Sequence record: AP018399.1
DNA: 64,000 nt
Strand: one strand, 5' to 3'
The notes under the pieces were generated by a model that saw nothing but the letters and a program-made list of their open reading frames with translations, was not told where the DNA came from and ran no database searches. Below are positions 38,076-46,430 of the stretch, in pieces (within the stretch, counting starts at the first letter, position 1; the number at the start of each line of letters is the position of its first letter). A program made the translations under genes and the position numbers.

Positions 38076-38729
38076 ATGACCAACATTCCGCTGTCTCAGG
38101 AACTTCTCGACTCGCAGACCGCATTGGATGCACTGCGGGCCGAGTACCGAATCATCCATGACAAGCTGATTCCGGCTGCTACGGCTCATCGGGAACTGTT
38201 TGCCAAGTTCGCTCTGGAAGCCTTCGAAGCTGCCGAGGACAAGCTGGCACACATCCTGTCGCCGCAGTTCTATGACGTGAGCGTGGACCATCTACGGGCT
38301 ACCGATGCGTTCCTGTGGGACCGCTACGGGGCACGTACCAGCGGTCACAACTCGCTGACCTATCAGCGTCTTCCGCAGTTGACGTTCTACAAGAACAGCG
38401 ACGGGGCACACAACGCGAAGATGGTGCGTCTGATTGAAGATGCACTGCCGCACATGCTGCCGTTCACTGCGGACATGAAGGACCACTACGGCCGGGAAAT
38501 CGACTCGCAGTTGCACGGCTTCTGCCTGTTCGGGACTCTGGAAAGTGGCCTGTCGGAACATGCCCGCATCAGTCTGTACGTTTCGCACGAGAAGAAGGTT
38601 CTGGTGTCGGCCACTCGCTATTCGCGTACTACGTACACGAAGGTGATGGAATTCGATGAAGGTATTGACTACTTCATTGAAAACCACTACTATGAGGACT
38701 TGTCGCAGCACGAACGCGACGATGACTAA
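38076..38729 (+). CDS. hypothetical protein
   Basis: 217-aa ORF. Confidence 0.75.
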   Translation: MTNIPLSQELLDSQTALDALRAEYRIIHDKLIPAATAHRELFAKFALEAFEAAEDKLAHILSPQFYDVSVDHLRATDAFLWDRYGARTSGHNSLTYQRLPQLTFYKNSDGAHNAKMVRLIEDALPHMLPFTADMKDHYGREIDSQLHGFCLFGTLESGLSEHARISLYVSHEKKVLVSATRYSRTTYTKVMEFDEGIDYFIENHYYEDLSQHERDDD

Positions 38730-38742
38730 ATAAAGACCTAAT

Positions 38743-38832
38743 GGAAGCGTGGCCGAGTGGTTTAAGGCAACGGTCTTGAAAACCGTCGGCCCCGGAAGGG
38801 GTCCGTGAGTTCGAATCTCACCGCTTCCGCCA
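38743..38832 (+). tRNA. tRNA-Ser(TGA)
   Basis: Class II cloverleaf, CCA encoded. Confidence 0.95.
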
Positions 38833-38839
38833 AATTCAA

Positions 38840-39064
38840 ATGAGCAAACGACTACAAAAGAAGATTGCCAAGAAGGGTACCGAGAATATCAAGCATCTTG
38901 GTAAGCGGTACAAAGAAATGCGTGCAATGTTCTTCGCAATGGAAGAACACCGCAATGAACTGGTTGGGAAAGAATGGGTAGCCCTCAAGCGAGCCATGAA
39001 GGCCGAGAAACAAGTAGAGAAATTGAAGAAACAACTACTTGACAACGGCATCCAACCAGAGTAA
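38840..39064 (+). CDS. hypothetical protein
   Basis: 74-aa basic ORF between tRNAs. Confidence 0.6.
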   Translation: MSKRLQKKIAKKGTENIKHLGKRYKEMRAMFFAMEEHRNELVGKEWVALKRAMKAEKQVEKLKKQLLDNGIQPE

Positions 39065-39076
39065 TATACACAAATC

Positions 39077-39185
39077 GGGAATGTAGCTCAGAGGACAGAG
39101 CGCAGGGCGAGGAAGGGACTGGTTTTCCACCAGTAAACCCATCCAATCTCAGAAGTCAGTGGTTCGAATCCATTCATTCCCACCA
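39077..39185 (+). ncRNA. tRNA-like RNA with about 33-nt expansion of the anticodon arm
   Basis: GGGAATG/CATTCCC-A-CCA, normal D and T arms, 40-nt hairpin in place of the loop. Confidence 0.8.
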
Positions 39186-39357
39186 TTTTCGCAACACAAT
39201 TGCACAGACACTAAATACCGTTATGAACAAACCATATTACAAACGATATTACGCCAAAGCCTAACAGGGCCGTATACGTTTGTGTGCGGTTCTGCAACGG
39301 AACCGTAGTACAGTGGTTATCTGATTCATAAATTCCCCTTAGTTTTACAAACAATTT

Positions 39358-39446
39358 GGACTCGTTCCCATAGCTGGCCGAATGGAGCGGACTCTTAATC
39401 CGACAGCGAAAGCTCATCGTAGGTTCGAATCCTACCGGGTCCACCA
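39358..39446 (+). tRNA. tRNA-Lys(CTT) with long variable arm
   Basis: Loop CTCTTAA; V-arm AGC-GAAA-GCT-CATC. Confidence 0.85.
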
Positions 39447-39486
39447 AATTTTACGCACTGGCGCTTGCGCCGTGTGACACGTCTAA

Positions 39487-39563
39487 GGGACGGTAGCTCA
39501 ACGGTCTAGAGCAATCGGCTTTTAACCGATAGGTTGTGGGTTCGAATCCCACCCGTCTCACCA
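39487..39563 (+). tRNA. tRNA-Lys(TTT)
   Basis: Canonical cloverleaf. Confidence 0.95.
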
Positions 39564-39568
39564 ACAAC

Positions 39569-39655
39569 GGATAGGTATGCAAGCGGTCAACGCAATCGGA
39601 TTGTAAATCCGCCGCCTTAAGGGCTTCGAAGGTTCGAATCCTTCTCTATCCACCA
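39569..39655 (+). tRNA. tRNA-Tyr(GTA)
   Basis: Class II cloverleaf. Confidence 0.95.
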
Positions 39656-39659
39656 ATTT

Positions 39660-39731
39660 GGGCTTCACAATCTATAGTGAGAACGCCGTAACTCGGCGCA
39701 GTCGGCGACTAGGTATCGCCAAAGTCCACCA
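39660..39731 (+). ncRNA. tRNA-like RNA with G3:U70/A73 acceptor and 5-nt anticodon loop
   Basis: Four stems plus ACCA; non-canonical T loop. Confidence 0.6.
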
Positions 39732-39736
39732 TCTTC

Positions 39737-39836
39737 GTCAACTAGTAGCTTAATAGGAAAGCGGCCGGGAGCGCCCGGTAATAGCACGAAACCCTTGTGG
39801 GTTAGCGATGTGGGCTGCGATACCCACCTAGTTGAC
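39737..39836 (+). ncRNA. tRNA-shaped RNA without CCA
   Basis: GTCAACTAG/CTAGTTGAC closing stem with four internal hairpins. Confidence 0.55.
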
Positions 39837-39909
39837 AATCTCTTCATCTTCCCCTACAATTTGCCTCGTTGTTTTAACCCTTTCATTTTAACCAACCAAG
39901 GAAATTACT

Positions 39910-40821
39910 TTGAAGAAGATTTTTACCCTGCTGTTTGCGTCCATCATGGCCCTGAGCCTGTCGGCCTGTCGTGGTGAACTGGTGGAAGTCCCGCCTGCCC
40001 ACGTCGGCAAAATCATGACCAAGGACGGCTACCGCGAAGGCGTCATCGGTACCTCCAAGTTCCGCCTCGACGTGTGCTACAACTACTGCGACAAGCTGGT
40101 TCTGCTGCCGGTCGCTGACCAAGCGAACATCGAAACCCTCGACATTTTCATGCCGCAGGACAAGCTCAAGCTCAAGGTCACCATCCGCACCAACCTGACC
40201 ATCACCGACAAGAAGCAGATGGACTCGCTGTTCAACAGCGTTGCTCCTACCGAGTCGGAAGAGAGCCAGAAGGTTGCCCGCATCGGCCGCGATATCGTCT
40301 ACAAGACCTATGCGCAGCAGATTATCCAGACCGAAGCTCGCGAATACCTGAGCCAGTTCACCATCGCCGAAGTCGCAAGTTCGATGGAGAAGGTGAATGC
40401 TGACCTGTCGGCCCGTCTGTCGAAGGCCATCAAGGAACGCACCCCGTTCAACGTTCGCTACGTCGGCATCACTGGTATCGAATACCCGGCCATCATCACC
40501 GAAGCGCAGGAAAATGCTGCGAAGCGTCGTGAAATGATTGAGCAGGAAAATGCGCAGAAGCAGGTTGACCAAGTGAAGCTGGAACGCCAGTTGAACGAAG
40601 CTCAGTTGCAGCGCAAGATTGACGTGGAAAAGGCGGAAGCCGATGCCGAAGCTGACCGCATTCGTGCCGTCGCTGCCAACAACCCGGCCGTCATCAAGCT
40701 GCGTGAACTGGAAAATGAGCGTGCATGGATTGACGCTTGGAAGGCTGGTGGTTCGCAAGTCCCAAGCGTCGTGACCGGTGAGCAGGGCAGTAACTTCCTG
40801 ATGCAGATGCCGAAGAAGTAA
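39910..40821 (+). CDS. SPFH/band-7 domain lipoprotein
   Basis: Lipobox LSAC; VPPAHVGKIM; coiled-coil; typical SPFH layout. Confidence 0.85.
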   Translation: MKKIFTLLFASIMALSLSACRGELVEVPPAHVGKIMTKDGYREGVIGTSKFRLDVCYNYCDKLVLLPVADQANIETLDIFMPQDKLKLKVTIRTNLTITDKKQMDSLFNSVAPTESEESQKVARIGRDIVYKTYAQQIIQTEAREYLSQFTIAEVASSMEKVNADLSARLSKAIKERTPFNVRYVGITGIEYPAIITEAQENAAKRREMIEQENAQKQVDQVKLERQLNEAQLQRKIDVEKAEADAEADRIRAVAANNPAVIKLRELENERAWIDAWKAGGSQVPSVVTGEQGSNFLMQMPKK

Positions 40822-40825
40822 TCCC

Positions 40826-40870
40826 GCACAGGGGAATGCAGAAAAGGGAGCCGAAAGGTTCCCTTTTTTG
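40826..40870 (+). terminator. intrinsic terminator
   Basis: AAAAGGGAGCC-GAAA-GGTTCCCTTTTTT. Confidence 0.75.
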
Positions 40871-40928
40871 TTGACACAAGTTCTACATCTGGTATAATTC
40901 CCTCATCATCAACGGAGAAGTTCAACAC

Positions 40929-41348
40929 ATGGTTCTGTTCCTCAATTACCTGCCGTACCTCATCATCGCTCTGGGTCTGTTCCTCTGCTACCGTGCCAGC
41001 GTCAAGCACAAGGGCACCGACAAGGTTGGCAAGAGAATCGTCCTCTGGCTGGCCCTGACCATCGTCGCTCTCATCGCCCTGCGTGCAGTGAGCAATGGAT
41101 ATCTCGGCAAGGCTGTCGGTGCGAAGCTGGAAACCCCGACCGTGGAAGAACTGGCTACCGAAGCCGAAGAAGCCGCCCCCATCAAGGACGTGCTGCGCAA
41201 GCCTGACCGAACGGCCGAAGAGTCCGACAAGCACTTCGCTGCTCTGACCGACTGGCGAGCCGACAAGGCAGCGCGGGAGAACCCGCCGAAGCCGGAACCG
41301 GAAGCCACTACGGAAACGCAGGAACTTCCACTCCCCGCCAAGCAGTAA
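40929..41348 (+). CDS. membrane protein
   Basis: Two N-terminal TM segments. Confidence 0.7.
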   Translation: MVLFLNYLPYLIIALGLFLCYRASVKHKGTDKVGKRIVLWLALTIVALIALRAVSNGYLGKAVGAKLETPTVEELATEAEEAAPIKDVLRKPDRTAEESDKHFAALTDWRADKAARENPPKPEPEATTETQELPLPAKQ

Positions 41349-41432
41349 AAATGAAGAGTCAAGTATCGAAAGGTACTTGACTCTTTCATTATGAACGGTT
41401 ATAATTTCGGCCTACTCCAACGGAACACCGAA

Positions 41433-43094
41433 ATGACCGACCAGATTGACGACACCGCCGAACGCATCAAGAAGCTGCTGATTTCGTTGGTGGAAAGGCT
41501 CGGCCCGGATGCTGACCCGGATATGGTCGCCGAGATTCAGATGATGCGTGCGGCCGACATTATCAAGTCGCACCTGACCGATATCACCAAGGCCCGTACC
41601 ATCGTGCTGACTGGCGATACGTCGCACCTGTCGGTTCGCAGCATCATCCAGCGCCTTGCGGATATCGACAAGCCGAAGCGGTACGACTTCCAAGACGACA
41701 ACGTTCACGAACAGGAATTCCTGCGTGGCCTGCTGCATTGCGTCCCCAGCTACATCATGCGTGGCGACGTGACCAAGGAACAGGTCATGAATGCCATCGA
41801 CGGCAAGGAATGGCTGGAACTGCCGGAAGGTCGTGAGTACAAGTGCTACGACTGTGCCCAGCCGCTCAAGGTGGCGTTCAAGGGCAATGAAGTCCGTATC
41901 ACTGCCGAGAAGGTGTGCGAACACAATCACACGTTCACCATCGAAGTGGATTTCCCCACGGGTGAAGTCGTGTTCGATGACTGGCCGGCTCGTTTCTCGG
42001 AAGCCCGTGATGCTGGTTTCATCACCGAAACCGATGATGGCGAATCCATCAACTACCTCAAGGGCCAGCGTCAGAGTACGGACAACTATGCCAGTCAGCA
42101 GATTGTCCATCACAGCGTCGGCAACACCTGTCCCACGTTCTTTGTGAACAAGGAAACGGGTGCCATCCAGATTGGTAGCCGCTGGGATGATGAGCAGGAC
42201 GAACACGTCACTCCGGAAGGCATGGAGGATGTTGGTTCCTTCTGCACGGACCTGTGGTGGGTGACCATGCTCGACCGCAAGTTCTACGACACCATCGTGG
42301 GCAAGCTGCCGCAGCAGAAGTCGAAGAAGTATTACGACAAGGAACTGCACATCGCGCACATTCCTCCGGGCCGCTATCGCTTTACCTGCTATGGCCGCAC
42401 GGAAGAAGACATGGATATGTTCATGACCGGTGAACGTATCGGCGATGCCAGCGATTTCATGCCGCCGTTCGACGTGCTGGCTTCGAAGCGTCTCATGACT
42501 CTGGACGAAGCCACGTTCAAGTACCTGTCGATGTGGGGTAAGCCGCGAGGCAATCCGCTGTCCGCTCGTTTCCGCTTCCTCGACTACGTGTTCAACACCA
42601 TCGGCAATGGCCTGCGTTCGAAGGGCGAACTGTTCAACGCTTACAGCATCGCCAATGATGCCGTGGGTGATGTGATTCCGCCTTCGGATGACCCGCTGGA
42701 CAAGAAGAATCCCTATCCGAATTTCAAGAAAGAATACAGCACCATCTACAGCGTACCGCTGAAAGACATGCCTACGGATTGGCTGGAAGGCGTCTTGTGG
42801 TATTACGAAGAATGCAAGACCTACTTCGAAAATGGTGCGGAGGGCTATAGCTATGCCTACCCGTCAAAGCAAAACCGGGACGACGAACTCGCCAAGCACT
42901 TCGAAAAGTATCGCAAGGACGGACAAAGCGAAGAAGAATACTTCGCTGCGGTGTCCAAAGCATACGAATGTGAATTCCGGGGTGACATTCCGGATTTCCA
43001 AACCCGACGCTGGGAAAAGGAAAAGGCTCGCATCCTTGCTTTCATCAGCGACACCATGAAGTACATCAAGGAAGAGCTTGACACGCGAGGTTGA
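41433..43094 (+). CDS. large hypothetical protein (553 aa)
   Basis: Long ORF, strong codon bias; CYDC, VGNTCP, CTDLWW. Confidence 0.85.
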   Translation: MTDQIDDTAERIKKLLISLVERLGPDADPDMVAEIQMMRAADIIKSHLTDITKARTIVLTGDTSHLSVRSIIQRLADIDKPKRYDFQDDNVHEQEFLRGLLHCVPSYIMRGDVTKEQVMNAIDGKEWLELPEGREYKCYDCAQPLKVAFKGNEVRITAEKVCEHNHTFTIEVDFPTGEVVFDDWPARFSEARDAGFITETDDGESINYLKGQRQSTDNYASQQIVHHSVGNTCPTFFVNKETGAIQIGSRWDDEQDEHVTPEGMEDVGSFCTDLWWVTMLDRKFYDTIVGKLPQQKSKKYYDKELHIAHIPPGRYRFTCYGRTEEDMDMFMTGERIGDASDFMPPFDVLASKRLMTLDEATFKYLSMWGKPRGNPLSARFRFLDYVFNTIGNGLRSKGELFNAYSIANDAVGDVIPPSDDPLDKKNPYPNFKKEYSTIYSVPLKDMPTDWLEGVLWYYEECKTYFENGAEGYSYAYPSKQNRDDELAKHFEKYRKDGQSEEEYFAAVSKAYECEFRGDIPDFQTRRWEKEKARILAFISDTMKYIKEELDTRG

Positions 43095-43111
43095 TGGGTT
43101 ATAATAAACCC

Positions 43112-43468
43112 ATGACCTACACCGTCCAATACGCAGACAAGAGTCGGCTTCCGACTCTTGTCGCTGCCTACCAACTGGTTGACCAAGCTCTCAAGGGCTT
43201 GGCAATCACGAAGGATTGCGCGGTTACGCTCAATCGCTTCTACTACGACAATGAATTCTTCCTCTTCAACTTCTCCGTGACGTTGAAGGGGACCAAGCCC
43301 TGCATGTACCTGCTTTCCATCCCCAATGACAGTGCGATGGGCATGATGGGCTGGACTATCCGCAGCAACAAGTGGAATGGTCAGCGGGAGCCAATCGACT
43401 CGCCTGCGTTGTCATTCGGCCACTTCATCCGCAAGACGGACCACGACAAGAACAAGAAGAAGAAATGA
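43112..43468 (+). CDS. hypothetical protein
   Basis: Own promoter. Confidence 0.65.
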   Translation: MTYTVQYADKSRLPTLVAAYQLVDQALKGLAITKDCAVTLNRFYYDNEFFLFNFSVTLKGTKPCMYLLSIPNDSAMGMMGWTIRSNKWNGQREPIDSPALSFGHFIRKTDHDKNKKKK

Positions 43469-43707
43469 ACATCAACGAATACAAGAAGCGCAAGTTCCGT
43501 GAACTCAAGGCCAAGAAGAAGGCATTCGGCTTCGAACTATCGGTGCATGACCCGGCTTCCATCATCGCTGCCGCCAAGGCAATCGAAATGGCCGAATGGA
43601 TGGACAAGGGCGTTCTGGTCGAATTCAAGACCGATTACAACGCGCGTGAACTGAAAATCTATACCGATAACCCGGCTTTGGCTGGTGAAATGCGTCTTCT
43701 GTGTTGA
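43465..43707 (+). CDS. hypothetical protein
   Basis: ATGA-coupled. Confidence 0.6.
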   Translation: MNINEYKKRKFRELKAKKKAFGFELSVHDPASIIAAAKAIEMAEWMDKGVLVEFKTDYNARELKIYTDNPALAGEMRLLC

Positions 43708-43739
43708 CAAATCATTGCCAGTATGATTAAATACTGGTA

Positions 43740-43934
43740 ATGACAAACGAAAAAGACATAGCTACAAGGGTAGCTGAAAAAGAAGCTGAGATTGAACGTT
43801 ACAAAGAAATCCTCCACCGGTACCTAACCGGACCCTCACGAACCACTCGCTGGTACAACAACGGCAAGGTTCATCTGGAAGAGCTAGAAGCAGAACTAGC
43901 TGAACTCAAAAAAGAACTTGACTCTCCAAGTTAA
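43740..43934 (+). CDS. small coiled-coil protein
   Basis: 64 aa. Confidence 0.55.
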   Translation: MTNEKDIATRVAEKEAEIERYKEILHRYLTGPSRTTRWYNNGKVHLEELEAELAELKKELDSPS

Positions 43935-43974
43935 TCTGCTATAATTACCCAATCTTCCCAACAGGAACACTTCA

Positions 43975-44286
43975 ATGCCTTGCAGTGATGGTGGTGTGGC
44001 GTATCCCCCGAGCAAAGAAGAACTGGCCGAGCGCGCTTTCATCAAGCGTGCCCCCGGTATGCTCTGCTCGGCCTGTCGTGCGCTGGAATCGTTCGGCTAC
44101 GACTTCGACCTGAACCCGGAACTCGCCGACTGGTGGGCCAAGCACAAGGCCGAAGATGCCGAGCGTGAGCGCAAGGAACACGCCAAGCGACTGGAACTGG
44201 AACAGGTGAACGAAATCATCAAGAAGCCGTTCAAGAACCTGACGGCCGAAGAAAAGCGTCTGCTCAAGAAGCACAACTACCTCTAA
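43975..44286 (+). CDS. phage hypothetical protein
   Basis: MPCSDGG..LCSAC..WW..HK..D.R. Confidence 0.8.
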   Translation: MPCSDGGVAYPPSKEELAERAFIKRAPGMLCSACRALESFGYDFDLNPELADWWAKHKAEDAERERKEHAKRLELEQVNEIIKKPFKNLTAEEKRLLKKHNYL

Positions 44287-44295
44287 GGAACCAAC

Positions 44296-44835
44296 ATGAA
44301 ATACATTCTCCTGATTCTCGCTCTGATGTTCTCGGCTCCGGTCTTCGCACAGCAGACCGAACAGCGCACTCCGAGCGAACAACTGAACGCTGAAATCGCT
44401 CAGATGAGCGATGCACAGAAGGCCGAAGCTCTCAAGGCCATCCATGCCGGTCAGTCCGATACTGCGGCCAAGGCTCGCGAGTGGATTGATATCGGCAATG
44501 GCCTCGGTGCTGGTCTGGCCGCTACCGCTGAAAAGCTGGGCGTGGTTGCCAACGACTTCGCCAAGTCTCCGGTCGGCAAGCTGGCAATGGTTCTCATCAT
44601 CTGGAATTACATGGGTGATGACCTGTTGGGCGTCATCATCGGCTTCCCGATGCTGTTCCTCGGTGGCCTGATGTTCGTCTACCAGATGCGCAAGACCTAT
44701 GGCATCTACAACGAAAAGGGCAAGTTCATTCAGTACGACGTGGTTGCTCTGAATGACAGCCGTTGTGGCCCCGGTGTGTTCATGAGCATCGTGTTCGTCA
44801 TCTACACCATTGTGTCGATTGTCGTCATCTGCTAA
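44296..44835 (+). CDS. membrane protein with signal peptide
   Basis: SP plus multiple TM segments. Confidence 0.8.
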   Translation: MKYILLILALMFSAPVFAQQTEQRTPSEQLNAEIAQMSDAQKAEALKAIHAGQSDTAAKAREWIDIGNGLGAGLAATAEKLGVVANDFAKSPVGKLAMVLIIWNYMGDDLLGVIIGFPMLFLGGLMFVYQMRKTYGIYNEKGKFIQYDVVALNDSRCGPGVFMSIVFVIYTIVSIVVIC

Positions 44836-44841
44836 GATAAC

Positions 44842-44917
44842 GGCCCGTTAGCTCAGCGGTCAGAGCAAGAGCCTCTAAAACTCCGGGTCGTGGGTTCGAA
44901 TCCCACACGGGCCACCA
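44842..44917 (+). tRNA. tRNA with CTA anticodon (amber suppressor), copy 1
   Basis: Loop CT-CTA-AA; acceptor GGCCCGT/ACGGGCC, A73. Confidence 0.85.
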
Positions 44918-44924
44918 ATCAAAT

Positions 44925-45000
44925 GCTTTCGTAGCTCAGCGGTCAGAGCAAGAGCCTCTAAAACTCCGGGTCGTGGGTTCGAATCCCACCGAAAGCGCCA
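44925..45000 (+). tRNA. tRNA with CTA anticodon (amber suppressor), copy 2
   Basis: Same body; acceptor GCTTTCG/CGAAAGC, G73. Confidence 0.85.
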
Positions 45001-45040
45001 AGTTGTTGACAAACTCCCATCACTAAATTATACTTGTGCC

Positions 45041-45355
45041 ATGAACGAAATCATCCAGAAGATGTTCCCCACTGGCACTCTCAATGGCCGTGGTGGTACC
45101 GAAGTGAACGGTCTGACCAAGGGCACGGTTCCGGCTGGTACCATTCTCAAGAGTGGACAGGACAAGTTCGACAACAAGGGCCGTCGTGAATTCTACGCGG
45201 TCGAACTGGATGGGCATGTCGCGTACCTGCGAGTGTGCGAAGCATATCCGGGTAGTGGCTATGACGAATTCGCGGTTATACATCGCGTCGTCAAAGCCGA
45301 AGAGACGGAAGAAGTGAATGAAATTCTCAACACCGTTTCTCGTATGACCAGCTAA
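45041..45355 (+). CDS. hypothetical protein
   Basis: Own promoter. Confidence 0.7.
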   Translation: MNEIIQKMFPTGTLNGRGGTEVNGLTKGTVPAGTILKSGQDKFDNKGRREFYAVELDGHVAYLRVCEAYPGSGYDEFAVIHRVVKAEETEEVNEILNTVSRMTS

Positions 45356-45362
45356 AAAGTAG

Positions 45363-45452
45363 TTGACAAGTTCGATTTTTGTAGTAAAGTATCAATCTCG
45401 GTGACGGCATAGAGGCCACTCACTGGTTCTTTAACAACTTGAGCGGAAACAA
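45363..45452 (+). promoter_or_regulatory. promoter plus rrn-like boxA leader
   Basis: TTGACA-N16-TAAAGT; hairpin; CACTGGTTCTTTAACAACTT. Confidence 0.6.
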
Positions 45453-45453
45453 G

Positions 45454-45646
45454 TTCATAGACTGAACATGCCTCGGTAGGTCAGTATGGTGGCAACACCA
45501 TCTGGGGATGAGGACATGCTAGGAACCAATATGCTTTGGATACGCAGTGGTCGTTCACTAGCCACGACTACGGTATACGCTATCAGCACACAATATGCAT
45601 TGAATGTGCGGCGATTTGAAAGCTAGAGGCGTGTTCAATCTATGAA
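45454..45646 (+). ncRNA. 193-nt structured ncRNA candidate
   Basis: 19-bp terminal helix TTCATAGA-C-TGAACATGCC / GGCGTGTTCA-A-TCTATGAA; GCAA tetraloop hairpin inside. Confidence 0.6.
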
Positions 45647-45650
45647 TTTT

Positions 45651-45775
45651 TGGTAGGTAAGCAAGTGGGCAACGTAAGACGGCAATGGTGTAGGTATCCG
45701 TGAGGTATCAGAGTACGGTTGAGTCTCCCAGAAACCGTTTCAACTTCGTGAGTTCGAATCTCACCCTACCAGCCA
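45651..45775 (+). ncRNA. 125-nt tRNA-like RNA with expanded core
   Basis: TGGTAGG/CCTACCA-G-CCA; T arm GTGAG-TTCGAAT-CTCAC. Confidence 0.75.
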
Positions 45776-45782
45776 ATTCTAT

Positions 45783-45847
45783 GCACAGGTTACTTGGAAG
45801 CATCCGGTTGCGCACCGTGATGGGTGGTTCGATACCACTTCTGTGCC
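45783..45847 (+). ncRNA. truncated tRNA-like RNA
   Basis: GCACAGG/TCTGTGC, T arm with TTCGATA, reduced D arm, no CCA. Confidence 0.5.
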
Positions 45848-45861
45848 GCGATTCGTATAGT

Positions 45862-46008
45862 ATTCTGATGGCGAAATAGGTAGACGCGGGGGTCTAGGCC
45901 AATATGGAGAAGGGAGCTAAACATTCCCTCTGCTGCTCATGGTCGGAAACTGCTGTGAAAGCGTTGCAGCAAAACGCTGACCGTGTGGGTTCGACTCCCA
46001 CTCAGAAA
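45862..46008 (+). ncRNA. Leu-type tRNA scaffold with large insertion
   Basis: D arm TGGCGAAATAGGTAGACGC, T arm GTGGG-TTCGACT-CCCAC, TTCTGA/TCAGAA. Confidence 0.6.
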
Positions 46009-46009
46009 T

Positions 46010-46430
46010 TACTATATAACAGTATGGTCGTAATCCCTTTAAAATGAAGGGCGTTCGGACGCGGGTTCGATTCCCGCCACGTCCACCACATGCATCTTAT
46101 AGCCAGAACTGAATCTGGTAAGAGGTAGTCAGCCACATTGAACCTTTCAGTAGAGCGCTGACCTAAGTCGCATGTAGTAACCCGCTTTAGGGTGCAAGTG
46201 ATGGGCGTGCCAAGGTTTCGACGGGCGAAGATAGTGGAGAAGGCGACTAGCCAGAGTAGGCTCTAAAACTAAAACCTAAAGTAACTGCCAACGCAAATAC
46301 TTTCGATTACGCACTAGCTGCCTAATCCCAAGCACATCCAGCACTTGGTCACCGAACGCTGGGCAATAGCAGTCCTTGGACTGTCTATTGTGAAACATCT
46401 TCTGGTTCAGCCAGCCTAGGCAAAAGACGC
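46010..46430 (+). ncRNA. ssrA: tmRNA, two-piece circularly permuted; tag (A)ANANTFDYALAA
   Basis: 3' acceptor piece ends CACGTCC-A-CCA at 46088; 5' piece GGGCGTG..TTTCGACGGG starts 46203; G3:U70; tag ORF 46287-46325; outer ends approximate. Confidence 0.9.
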
